A stretch of 64,000 nucleotides of DNA from Microthyrium microscopicum (lineage: Eukaryota): contig MU004232.1 in assembly GCA_010405405.1 (NCBI GenBank), positions 1,197,481 to 1,261,480 of the forward strand, given 5' to 3'. The notes under the pieces are model-generated. The model was not told where the DNA came from, ran no database searches, and was given only the letters and a program-made list of their open reading frames with translations. This document shows positions 13,188 to 25,792 of the stretch, in pieces (position 1 is the first letter of the stretch; every line of letters starts with the position of its first letter). The position numbers and the translations under genes were made by a program.

Positions 13188-14388
13188 ATGTCTTTCCGGA
13201 AAAGATCTGTGCCTCTGACTAATTCAGCCAAATCAGAATCTTCATCGCCAGATGTCGCTTCGTTAGAAGCTGCAAGTTCTACCAAACAAGCCCCTCCACC
13301 TGGCGTGCGAATATCCCCAAGCTTCTCATTGCCAACTGTATCAACAGGTCTTGCATCTCTGGATTCGCTACTCAGGCTAGGAGCTGGACTCGCTTTAGGA
13401 ACTAGTCTGGTGATAGAAGAAGATGGAACTACTGATTATACTGGAACCATCTTGAAGTGCTTCGCAAGCCAAGGCGTGATACACGGCCACAAGGTCTTTA
13501 TTCTTGCCGCTGAACCATGGGGCGCCAATTTGCCCGGAGTGGCAGAGGAGAAAGTTGGAAAGAAAGTAGTATCAAAAGAAAATGAAGAAAAAATGAAAAT
13601 AGCTTGGAGATACGAACGACTAGGCGCTCATGGAACTAGCAATCGTGATAGAATTGGTGCGTAGATCGAGATCTGACATTAGGCGGAGAATATATATCTA
13701 ATAAGCATTAGGCCTTTCATCACAGTCTCTAGGGGACAACATCACTCCCTTTTCTCATACGTTTGACTTATCTCGCTCACTCGTCCGTCCAGCTACAAGT
13801 CCAATGATTACATATCTTCCACCAACACCAAGAGCTCCTTTTCCAGACCTCAAGGCTGTCGCAGCATATCTTACAGAAAACCCATCCAGCCAACCAGTTC
13901 GGCTCATCATACCGTCGTTGCTCTCGCCTCTTTTCTACAGTCCGGATTCTTCGGATCCCAAGGCCTTCATTTCATTTCTTCAATCGATCCGACAGCTGCA
14001 GCAGAAACATGCAAACCTTGTCGCAATTCTCTCCTGGCCTCTCGCCCTGTATCCAACTCATCATACCCTGACTTGGTGGCTCGAACGGCTCTGTGATGGA
14101 GTGATCAGACTGGAGCCTTTTCCACATGATTTTAGCGCAGAGGCCATTCCACAGAATACCAACTCGAAAGGCCGAGATGAAGATAAGATGCAAGGATTCC
14201 TACGAGTACGCAAATTGCCCATCCTAACAGAGCGAGGAATGGGCACAGGCGTCATGGAAGATATGGTATGGGCATTAGGACGCAAGCGATTTGTGATCCG
14301 ACCATTTAATCTGCCGCCCGTGGAATTTGAGAATGGTGGTGAATCAAAGGAGGAAGAAAAGGTCAAGGCCAAAGAGTTGGAGTTCTGA
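13188..14388 (+). CDS. ELP4: Elongator complex subunit Elp4
   Basis: MSFRKR start, STGLASLDSLL, LVIEEDGTTDY, MKIAWRYE. Intron 13657-13711, then FSHTFDL. C-terminal ELEF. Confidence 0.94.
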
Positions 14389-14534
14389 ACCGTTGATATG
14401 GTTCCGTCATTCATTGAGGGAAGAATGCGTGTTCCCTAGCTCCTGTCGCTGTAAGAGCGCAAAAAATGCAAAGCCGCCATGAACGCTCAAAATATGCCCA
14501 GCCAATAGCATCGATGTCGAATGCAAATATCATA

Positions 14535-15287
14535 TCAACAGCAACCGCCAGTCTTACCCCGTGGATCATCCAAACCGACATTCATCCTGACGTTCCCGGT
14601 GCCTAATCCAGCCCTCTTCACACCGCTTCTCCGGTCATCCAGATTATATCGACCAGCCTCTATTCCCTGATATATCCTCTCTGCAACCTTTCTAAACGCC
14701 AATTCCACGCCTGCCCCAGATTTCGCACTCGTCTCGACGTACGAAAGGATATCATTGTCCTTCGCCCAAGCCTCCGCCTCCTCCTTCGACACCTCACGCC
14801 TCCTTTTCGTCTTAGCATCATTCGTCACATCCACCAACCCCTCCTCGTCCAAATCAGACTTATTCCCCACCAACACAATAATAATGCCCTCCTCCGCAAT
14901 CAACCGCAGATCATTCAACCAGCTCGTCACACTCTCAAACGTCGACCGCCGACTAATATCAAACACCAGCAATGCGCCTGATGCGCCTCTGAAATAGCTG
15001 CGTGTTATCCCCTTATATCGCTCCTGCCCGGCCGTATCCCATAATGAAAGTTTCATGTGTTTTTGCACTGCTGGCCCGGGACTTCGCGGCGAGGGTGTGG
15101 GGAGGTCGAGGTCTGCAGAGGCGGGTGGACCAACGGCCATGATGCGCGAGCCGAATTCAACGCCGATGGTGACGTCGTGGTGGGTTTGAAAACGGCCTTC
15201 GCAGAGACGGATTGTTAACGAGGATTTGCCGGTGCCGCTGTCGCCTATGGAGACGATTTTGGCTATGTAGTCCCATGATGGAGGCAT
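14535..15287 (-). CDS. Rab GTPase (Rab2/Rab4-like, Ypt4-type)
   Basis: GDSGTGKS, TIGVEFG, WDTAGQE, NKSD, ETSAK and C-terminal GGCC prenylation motif. Confidence 0.95.
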   Translation of the reverse strand: MPPSWDYIAKIVSIGDSGTGKSSLTIRLCEGRFQTHHDVTIGVEFGSRIMAVGPPASADLDLPTPSPRSPGPAVQKHMKLSLWDTAGQERYKGITRSYFRGASGALLVFDISRRSTFESVTSWLNDLRLIAEEGIIIVLVGNKSDLDEEGLVDVTNDAKTKRRREVSKEEAEAWAKDNDILSYVETSAKSGAGVELAFRKVAERIYQGIEAGRYNLDDRRSGVKRAGLGTGNVRMNVGLDDPRGKTGGCC

Positions 15288-16279
15288 GGATAGTTCTGTA
15301 TGGTATGTGGTGGGCTTGAGGGAGAGAACTGTCTGAGATACGCTGGATGTTAAATGGAGATATGTGTGTCTCGGAGCGTGTGCGTAGAAAGAGGAGTGAG
15401 GAGATATTCGGGTAAGAAGTAGAGTTGGCGTTATTGGTACAAGTCACGCGGTGCAGGACGAGGCAGTGAACAAGCGCTGGTTTCGGACACTAGGAGCCGG
15501 TAAGCGGACAAAGACTGGTGGAATCTTGCAGCTGAATTGATGTTGTTTAGGATGTGGTGTTAAGACACAGACACATGGCATAGTATGCTAGATAATGTAA
15601 AGGGATAGAGGGAAATGTATGAGCTGTCAAGGCGATACGTTGATCTCTAAGTATCATTTGACGGGTTGAAGTTGCTGCATGACGAACGGAGGCTGTCCAG
15701 AAAATTATCGGGGGCAATGAATGTCTAGCGGTTTTGATCGTTGTTGCCTCAGAGTACAATCCTTGTACAAACGTTGAATCCCTCGAGGCTGGGTCCAACA
15801 TCAGTCAGAACTCAGAAGGAGTAACCGGGTTCATTATTGTGCATCTCGTTGAGTATAAAGCTATGGACTACGCTTCTTGAATCTCCATAGACAGCATTCC
15901 AAATCATCAACTACGATGCCAGCCAGACTACTACCGACACCAGAACACGCAAAGCGGACCTGGAAGGACTGTAAATATGGACTGTATCTTCAAAGTTTGG
16001 AACAATTATTATGAATAGTGGCATTATATGACTTTTTGCTATTCCTGCTCTATGTCCAGACTCCAGGCTCGAATAGTAGCGTCAAGATCGACTCGCCATT
16101 GCAGTTGATGAAGATAGTGTACTTAACCTGCCGTCGCAATCAGAAAAATATCTCCATTCAAATGTGATGGATGGGAAAGAAAAGAAGCGAGTTGGAATGA
16201 ATTAGTGCCGGCCATTGAAGTCGATAGGAGCACACAATAGAATTCCCGATCGTGAAAGATGATTTACTAGCAATTCACT

Positions 16280-16475
16280 GACAAGATAGAATGCCATTGT
16301 CCCATCCACGGCGATGGCTTCCGCTAACGCTGTTAAACAAAACGTGTTATATTGTCCATCGCGTTCGATTATCGGTCAAGATCTTAACGCATTAAATGGC
16401 AAACAAAGCACTTGATGAATAGCGAGGTGGATGGTAGACATCGTAGTCGTTGGGAGTAAGCGTTTCCACAAGACA
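16280..16475 (+). mobile_element. Highly degenerate MITE, family B copy
   Basis: 'AACGC..AATGGCAAACAAAGCACTTGATGAATAG' is collinear with 46598-46633, with TIR remnants on both sides. Confidence 0.5.
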
Positions 16476-17012
16476 AACATAATGTATGGGGCTATGTGGC
16501 TTTAATGGGGCTATATAATGGATACCTGAATCAAGGATTGCCTGTTGCCTGGATTTGCTTACGTCGCAAGCTGTTCAAACGTTGATTTCTAGATTGCTTT
16601 CCTCCCACACAACAGTCCGGGATCCAGGTACTTCTGCAGGGCATGAGCTTGCTTGATGATAGCGGTCTGTGGCCTTGCCAGTACCTTCTACATCTATTAT
16701 CTCTCAACTTCCTATCGCTTTCCTCTCAGCTTCTTTGTTCCCTCTCACTTCTCACTCCCTGACCTTCAAATCCCAACACCTACAACGCTTTGTTCCTACC
16801 ACTTGCCGCTCTCAGACGTCTACGAATCGCAATTGCATGTCGGTCCCTCTTCCGCCACACCTTCGTCCGTCCCCGCCACATCACAGACCGGCTACCTAAA
16901 CGCATAACACCGCTCCTTCAGCAGTCTTATTCCCCATCTCCTCTGCTGGATAAATTCCTATTCCTACAAATACACGTTCCCGCGGCGCCGCTCTCACTAA
17001 CGGCTGCCAAAC

Positions 17013-19398
17013 ATGTTTTCAGAATGTAAGTCAGCTCCGAGTCGCAGTGCTGGTGACACAATCCGTTTTCCGTACACCGGTCGATGATCCAAGACAAATC
17101 CTCACTCAGCTCGCGTGACTAACAATCCAAATTCTAGATGCCTCCCGTTTTCTGGCCCAGTCGCAATCGCGTCCACCAAATGGCCATCAACAACAGAATC
17201 CTTCCTCTCCGACTCGAAATTCCTCTAATCAGCAACAAAGTAATTCGCGATTCGGCGGTCCAAGTTTTCTCCGACAGAATATGCCGGGTCCTTACAACCA
17301 AAGCGCATCGCAGTTTTCTCGATTTCCCTTTGCGTCGCGGACGCAGAACGCACAGGCTCCCCTATTCTTAAATAATGCTGCAGACGAGTTTCGGGAAGAA
17401 GACGACGGGGAGGAACATCAGCGCGAAGTCGCAGATTTCTACGCGCTGCAAAGATCAAGAAGGGCATTCGGGCCTAGTCATCTCACGGAATCTTCGGAAG
17501 GGGATGATTATGTCGACCATTCATCACACGCAGATGAGACTGTAGAAAGTCATGAAACGGAGGACGAGTCACCTTTTGGGCGACCAAGAGGTCAAGGCAT
17601 AAAAAGCTCGTGGAGAGGCGAAAGAGAAGAATTTAGGGGGAGAAAAGGGAAAGAACCAGCAGTAAAGACAGTTCTGGAGAGGCCGGAGCGAAGAGACAGT
17701 GTACCAGCGTCAACAAGCACTCGGGCTAAAAGCCAGAAACTGGTCGATGTGGAGCTTTCAGAATCGGAGCATAGCAGTGTGGATAATCTAGAAGAGGAAG
17801 ATTATGGGCCAGAAGAATCTGCACCAGCATACAGTGGCTTTAACTTCAAATCGCAAACCTCTAAACAACCACAACAAGGCGAATCTTGGATACCGGACGA
17901 GACGGATGACGAAACATCAAAACTTTACCAAAAACCACGGAGTATTGACGGTGACAGTGTTCTTCCCACTCTTGATGAAGTAGAGGAAGATCCACAAGCA
18001 TACACACCGAAACACGACGCTTTTTGGGCAACTCTTTACTTAATATCCTTTGCTTCACTGTTTGCAAGCGCATTCTTGGTTTATTTACACACCGACACCC
18101 CAGGAAAGCAGCTTCCAGACACTATTTATACGATTCTCCGGGCCCAGTATGGTTTGCTCGCTAAAGATACCCTCATCGCAGTCATCGTTGCAGCTCTTTG
18201 GCTGTCTGTCCTTCGATCATTTCTCCGACCTTTGACATATCTTACAGTCTTCGCTGTACCTATCATACTCTTCTCATTTGCGCTATGGCCATTTATATCA
18301 AGTTTCAAAACGAAAGAAGGCGGCACAGGACGTAGTGCACAAGGTAAAGCCATGGCGATTTTCTCCACGATACCTCTACTTGGCGCGATGGCCTGGACAT
18401 ACCTGGCTATTCAATCAAGACACTCCATCGATCGTGCGATTCAAATTCTGGAGTTAGCTAGCAAGATCTTGACAGCTTCTCCAGCGTTGGTCATGGCAGG
18501 CGTTGCAGCAGTAGTTACAACCGTGATCTGGTTCTGGCTATGGCTTGTCATGTTCACGCGAGTTTTCCTGGAAGGCCATGTTGTAAAGAAAGTCTTCCTT
18601 CTTGACGTTGGTACCTGGTGGCTCGGCGTTTTCTTCTTCCTCATGCTTCTGTGGACCCAACTCGTCATCTCCGGCGTCCAGAGGGCAACCACCGCCGCTA
18701 CCGTCTCCCAGTGGTACTTCTATCGCTCCTCCGGCACCACAGCCTCATCACGCGATGTCGTTATCGCATCTTTCGTCCATGCCTCTGGTCCGCTCTTTGG
18801 AACCATCTGCCTCTCCACCCTCATCTCACTACTCATTCGCCTACCACTTCTTCTTCTCCCGCGACGCTTGGTGGGCATGTGCGCCATGTGCATATACGCA
18901 ATGACTCCCGCGCCAATCGCATCCCTCACCAACCCGCTAACTCTCACCTACGCCGCCATACACTCTCAACCTCTAGCCGTTGCTGCCCGTGGCCTCACGC
19001 GCCTTCCTCTTAGCGCAAACTCACCTGCTCGCAGCTTCCGTGATCCACGTGCTAGCGGCGATACACTTGCCGCATATCGCACAACGCACATGCTCCTGCA
19101 CGCTACGCGCCAAATCATGACCCTCGCACTAGGTCTAGGCGCGTGGGTATCCGTAGCATACATCAAACAGGAAGGCGGAGGTTCAGCGTACGCCTACGTC
19201 GTCGGGCTCGGCGCAGCCGTAATAGGCTGGAGCGTTTTGGGCGCCGTAGAAGGTATCATGGGCGGTGTAGTAGATGGTGTGCTTGTCTGTTGGGGAAGTG
19301 AAGTTGCAGCAGGTCGCCAGGGACGACAGTTTTGTCCTGAAGCAGCAGAGCTATTTGGTGAGCCAGAAAGACGCGCTGGAGCGCGGATCATGGTGTAG
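17013..19398 (+). CDS. Choline transporter-like (CTL) family membrane protein
   Basis: Exon 1 17013-17025 plus intron 17026-17137 gives MFSEYASRFLAQSQSR, in frame with the 705-aa ORF. About 9-10 hydrophobic segments and the RATTAATVSQWYF motif. Confidence 0.88.
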
Positions 19399-19789
19399 AT
19401 ACACAGTCATGTAGATAGAACTTGAGCATAGCGCAATCATTAGCATTATTTTTTTACTCGTAAGATATATTCTTCGTTGATGAGATAGCTGGTATGGGTC
19501 ATGGGTACTTCGATGGCTTCTATCGACTACGGTTTATGTTCAAGTGTTTTCTCGCCCATCGAGGGCGCGTAATCTGCTAGCTGTCTTGCTCAGTCCTTCA
19601 TTTTCGAATTCAGTGTTCGTCACCGAGGGAGTTAAGACATATCTCTGTTCTGCAGTTCCATAGAGGGTTGTAAAATCATTTTACTACGGAAAGCAGTAGA
19701 TTTTTAAACAAAGAACTTGATCGTCTCCCTTGCTGAATCGTTTCGTAATTTGTCCATCGCAACATCCTATGTGCAACCTCAGTGTCGTT

Positions 19790-20300
19790 ACTAGTCAAGC
19801 GTGTTCTTTAAGTACATATATAAGTAACGAAATAGAGATATGAAGTGGCATGTTCGGAAGTAAACTAACTTGGCTTTTATCTACGTTTTGCTAAAGCTTA
19901 TAAGGAAGGCTTTAGAGGTAAGAGATATACGTTAAGTACGGTCTGGAGTAAAAGTAAGGATTACTAGTAGAAAGATAGTATCTAAATATCGCTTCTAATT
20001 ATAATCTTCTCTTTCGAAAAGTCTTAGTCTAGTAAGTAGTAGTATTAAACATAGCTCTAAGCTTCTAACTAGCTTCTAATCTAGATAATTATAAAGCCTT
20101 TACTTCTTAAATAATTAATTAATTAATTAATTTAAATTACAGATTAAAGGCCTTAGCGGGGTAGTTAATAGTCCGAAGATTAGCCGCAGTTAGGCTTCTT
20201 CTTTTACTTTAGGATGTTCCTAACTTAATCCCTCTTAATAATTTCTAATAGCGCCTTAAACTCCCTTTATTCTCTACATTCCTTTCGAGCGCGGCCTCTA
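19790..20300. repeat. AT-rich, RIP-like degraded repeat relic containing a (TTAA)n tract
   Basis: TpA-rich and visibly poor in CpA/TpG relative to flanks, with no ORF. TAATTAATTAATTAATTAAT near 20112-20131. Confidence 0.7.
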
Positions 20301-20317
20301 AAATACGGGAAGCCAGA

Positions 20318-23300
20318 ATGGCAGGCCCTCTCAATCCGCCGTAAGTGTTTAAATTGATTTATTCCAGCATAACAGGTCGCGCTAGGAGCTGGACGCGCTA
20401 CAACGCGTTTCCATCCAATGCTCTCCATACTACTTACTAAAGCTCAATCCTAATGCTTCTCTGCATTGCCAGCGGGCTTGGTTTATGCTTTTCTTACTAT
20501 GTCGTTTCATTATTAGGCTAACACGCTCTTTGCAGACCTGTAGAAATCATCGACTTGACTGGTGATTCCGACCCTGAGCCTCCCATGGCTCAAAAGCGAA
20601 AGGCTCTGTCAAGTACATCGCCTACCAACACCATCACTTCATCAAAACGACAGAAACCACTATCTGGAACCTTCAGAGCCACGGGACCCAGGCCTACTAT
20701 TCCTCTCATCGGCTCAGACCTCAACATCAATACTCAACTTCCAAGCCAACAACACTCGGCTGTACCTTCACAAAACGGAAACACTGCTGCCTCAGGCCAT
20801 AACTCAAGATCCCCATCAGGCAGCCAACTTCAAAAAGGGGCGAGATCTCAAGGAGTAAATAGTAGCAATGTTTCCTCTCCTAGACGTCCTACTCCAGTCT
20901 TTCGCAACTTGCAAGCCGAATATGAAGCCGAACGAGAGGCTAAGCATGGTCGAATCACATTGGACGCTCTATTAGGTGACGCTTCCCCAAGTCAAAGTCC
21001 AGAGAAATTAGAGCAGTCTCTTGCGATTCCGTCTCCCAAATCCGCAGGAACATCACTCTTCGACAGCATTGCACAGCTGAAACCGCTGAAGAAGATTGAC
21101 TTTGGTTTCCGAAGTCCAGCTAGCAAAGGCAATGTCAATACTGGCAGCAACAATGCAACTCCGTCTTCTCACACAAGCCCTGGCAACAATGGACTCCTTA
21201 GGAGCCCCAAAGCTTCTTCACACGGAATGCGTCAAACCTCGATATATGATGCTTTCAACAATCCGGATTCGAAGCCTCTTCAGGCGACTCCAAGTGCTCC
21301 GTATAGGACTCCGACACCTGTGGTATCAAGCGATCGGCTCGCATATACTCATGTCTCGCCAAGCCATCAGTCATACCATCCCCCTCCACTTCCTGGAAGT
21401 CGTTCTACCTCGGAAACCCAAATTTCTGGACGATCTGTTCAGCAATCATTAGATGCAAGCTTTGGTAAACGACCCTTGGAAAACCCTCAATCTAATCGTT
21501 CGATCCAACGAAAGTCTCAAGGCGGGTTGGAGCGAAACATCCAAAGAGCCTTAAAAGCCTTCCACCACCGGAAGCTAATGGTGGATTCAGAGCTTCGTCC
21601 TGGTCCTCCGGCATCACCAGTCAAGCGACAACGTGTATCGCTGGGCGTAACTGAAGGATCCCCTACCCACCGAGTTTCTACAGGTCTTGGACGTCAAACG
21701 GCATTCAAGACATCGACTTCAAAATCAAGCAACGCACCTGAACGTGAGCAAGGAGTACCTTCAAAGAGCAGGGCCTTTTCCTTTACCCCAACCTTGGGCG
21801 GACTCTCTAACGGCCCTTCATTCGACACAGCTAGACCTCGTCAAGTCCAAGCTTCGAGTTCATGGCAACGGTCTAATTTTGATAGAAGCGTTTTATCACC
21901 TCGACGCAAAGGACAGCCATGGAGTATCGCAGATGAGATTTTGCTCGTCTACCTGAAAGAGTTTCATGGAGATGCTCCAACTGGCCTTGCCCTTGATAGA
22001 TTCATTGGGCGATCATTTGGCGGTGGCTCCTCTCCAGCCGAGATCAAATACATTCAGAACTTGAAGCCTGGCTGTCCAAAGAGACAGAAGCTGAATCTTG
22101 CGACGACCATTCCAGCGTTGAAACAGATTCTGACCTTGGATTTGAACGCTACACAAACAATGAGTCATTTACAGACCTTCATAGATATGGGAGTTCTACC
22201 AAACGGACTTAAAGTCCCGCCGCCATTGATAGAGGCTACACTACCTACTTTTACGCCAAGTATGCAATCCGGACCCCCTATTCGCGAAGCAGCTGCATCA
22301 ACATCACAGGAATCTTGGTATTCTCCTGCTGAGTCTATATACTCTGATTCGCAGCGACCTCGCCGCCCACCTACCGCCCCGGCACCAATTGCGACGCGAC
22401 CGAGAATGGATATGATCACAAGCGGACCTGGTGTCAGATCTTTACCGTACTCCGGGGTCGATACCTCGCGAGAACGGTCATCCTCCTATGGTTCAGAGAC
22501 TCGTCCTACTTATCTTGCTACCAATATGGACATCCGCAAGATACCCCAAGAGCATAAGAGAGGTCACACCCTTCCATATCTAAGCTCAAATCAACGCGAT
22601 GCTATTGTACCGGCTTTAGATCACATTGATTGGCAAAGCCATCCACTTCAAGGCCCCATTCACGTTCGCTTCTCTAAAAGCGAGCAAGAATCGCTTTGTC
22701 GCCTTATTTCAGAGTTGACAACGAAAGCATTTCTGTCCGAAGTGCCTACTGGACTGGGCCATACCAAAATCGCTCGTCTCTTAGCAGGTGTTCCCAATGG
22801 TTCACTAAAGCTTGACAGACTTGCAAGACTTGGCAAGAGCAAGCTGAAACAACGTACTGAAGCATCTATCAAGGCGTTCCTCGTTGATTGTGTTGCTGGA
22901 ACAGTTCAAAACACGAACCTCCAAGCTAGATCTGAACCTGATCGATCGCATGAGTCGTCAGTAGCCAAAGACCTGATCAACCGATCCATAGGTGGTAATA
23001 GACGAATGGTCAGAGACCGCGTCTATAACACCTTTGGACCTTCTGCCTCTTACAGCAATATGTCAAGCGATGTGGGAACTGTTGCCTTTGCGCCAAACTC
23101 GAATGTCTTTGCTGCTGGATCAATGTGCCTCGTCGACGAAGATTCGCAACAATACAACAATCCTGTTAATCTCGTCATCGGTGATGCACATGGATTGGTT
23201 CTACAAGAAAAGGCAGACCATTGGCGTCCTCGAGGATGCACCGCAAAAGGTGCCAACTCGACAGAAGCCATGTATCGGACGCAAGATAAGAGACTTTTTG

Positions 23301-25495
23301 AAACGGTGGCTATGGTAGACTTTTCTAGCGATGGCAAGTATATGTATTCTGGAGGGTATGACAACAAAGTCCGCGCCTATGCTGCGGGCGATGCAACCCA
23401 CTCTATCGATTACATTGATGAAAGTACCAACATTGAATTGAAAAGCACTCGAGACATGGGTGCCCGGGTTGACTTGTTACGTGTTAGTCATTCCGGGGGC
23501 AGAATTGCTGTTGGATCTCAGTCAAGAAAGGGTATCAGTGTGCTTGAGCAGAATCAAGGCAGACTTGACGTTGTTGTAGAGTTCGGAACGGAAGATGATA
23601 AGGATCTCACCCCGTCCTGTCTCCAATGGGGCCCGCCAAATCTTAGCAATTTGCTATTAGCAGGCTTTCTTGAAAAGGGCGACGAATGCAAGAACGGCAA
23701 GTTGATGCTTTGGGACGTTGAGGCTCAAAAGCCGATCAGCGCGACCCCATCTACTGGACAAGTTTTCGACATTTCTTGGGCTCCAATATCCCCTCGATTC
23801 GCTGCTGTAATGAGGCCCAACCAGGGAAAAACCATGAATAGAGGTATCAATACTCTGATTCGCCTGTTCAACCCATTTCAAGATGGCCTTCAAGAAATCA
23901 ATTGGCGATGTAGGAAATTCGAACTGGATTGCCCAGCTCATGACATCAACGATGTCGTGTTTTGCCCTTATAACGAGAATTACCTGGCAGCCGGTGCAAC
24001 AGATGGTCGCATCTACGTCTACGACTGTCGCAATCCGGCGAACATTCTCCATGTACTCGGTCATGGTCCAGCAAGTATTGATCAATATAGTGTAGGTGTT
24101 CGATTTTGCGCTTGGAACCATCGGAGACAAGGACTCGTCACAGGATCATCAGACGGGGTGGTCAAGGAGTGGGACATCTTTCGTAATAGCGAAGACGCCC
24201 ACACTGCTGATCTAGCAACTCTAAACTCTGGTGTCATGTCAGGATCGTTTAGTCCAGATCTTTCTCGTCTCATTATCGGTGAGGTCAACCGCACCATCAC
24301 CATATTCGAGCCTGGCAACCGCGGCAGCAATTTGAGGACTCTTCGCCCGTTCAAAGCCATTGAAGTTCCGCAGCCGGAGATGTTAAGAGCCTCAACAAGA
24401 ACTCTGAATATTGTTACAGATAACGGAGCCTCAAAGGTCAACAATCCTACCAAATGTGAGCTTGATTTATGCCGCAAGTCAGAGTTACCTCGAGATTTTG
24501 ACGTCAGCTCTCGATGGAAAGACCGCATTCCCGCCAACCTCATCAATGCGCTCGAAAAAGCCAATGAGCCTAAACCTCTCAATCCCACCATTATTCAAGC
24601 CACTATCAAATGTGTCCACTGCCAGGGACCAGCGATTACGGCTGAAGAAGATGACTTGGATCAGTTGTTATTTCCTCGTTGCGAGCGATGTGCCTTCCAT
24701 TGCCTACGATGTGGAGACCGGTCAAAGCTAGCCATAGAACTAGAGAAGATCTCTTGTGAATGTGGACAATGGGTCGTTGGGGCTTTGGGGTACTACGAGG
24801 TAGATCACCAGGTCAAGAAACCAATGAAGGTGATTCCTGACTCCATGGACCTTGACGACTTTGAGAGCGACCTTGGCCCATCTGAAGCCGATTCCGACAT
24901 GATGGACGTTGATTCTTTGGTCAAACCTTTGTCGATTTCTTCTCACTGGCCACCTCCATTTCACCAGGCAAAGCCTCAAACCGCACAACCCGCTCTAGCA
25001 ACAAATCCACCGCTGTCTGTCACCGCTTCATCGCTTGGAGCAGTAACGCGTTGTGCGAACTGTGATAAGACGCAGTCAAGCAAATGGATTGGCGCACCTG
25101 GTGGTCATGGGAAGGTGTGCAATGTATGCTACCAAAAGAAACATAGCAAGGGCGTTTGGCCGTCACCGGGCTTTCTGAATCCAGGTGCTACGGCACAGTC
25201 TAGCTTTGCCTCGACAGCTGTGGCTAGTACAGCAGAGTCGTCTCAAACGGCACAAAACCCCGCCAGCGAGGAAGTCTCCTTCAACCCAGACACCTCGGAA
25301 AGTCCAGCAATCGAACGCTTCACGATTGAAGATATGGATGACTACGGATTAGAAGACTTCTATCTTGCTATGGGATCTCTCAAGATTAACGAGTGGCATC
25401 AAGGTGCTAGCTCTTGGGAGGCAAAGGAGTATGCGTTGACCTGGAACAAAAGCTTGAACCGCTGGGAGACGAAGGAGATTGAGCACAAAGGCTAA
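20318..25495 (+). CDS. WD40 protein of the Raf1/Dos1/Clr8 - DIM-9 (DCAF) family, with Cys-rich region and GATA-like finger
   Basis: Predicted exon 1 20318-20340 and intron 20341-20535 give MAGPLNPPPVEIIDLTGDSD. WD block 'SSDVGTVAFAP..QQYNNPVNLVIG..HWRPR..ELDCPAHDINDV..GVRFCAW..TGSSDGVVKEWDI' resembles fungal Rik1-associated factor 1. Confidence 0.8.
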
Positions 25496-25792
25496 CCGCT
25501 AGTGTACGATGAGATGCTGAAGTTTTGACGACAAAAGTGAGTTGAGATGTAGACAAGGACATCAAAGGCTAAGGAATATCCTGTATTATAGTGATTGCTT
25601 TTTGTAAAATACCCCTAGTAGCGTAGTTTGAATGTTGATCAAGTGTTCAGCGAGGCCATGTCATATGTGTTCTTCTTTCCCTTGTTGAGATATGCGGAGA
25701 GATCGTAAGTCAGACTTCAGCTCCAACGATTTTCCATCCGACAACAGAATCTGAAAGCTTCAAGGTGCCCATTTTTGTCCTATACCTAGCTA

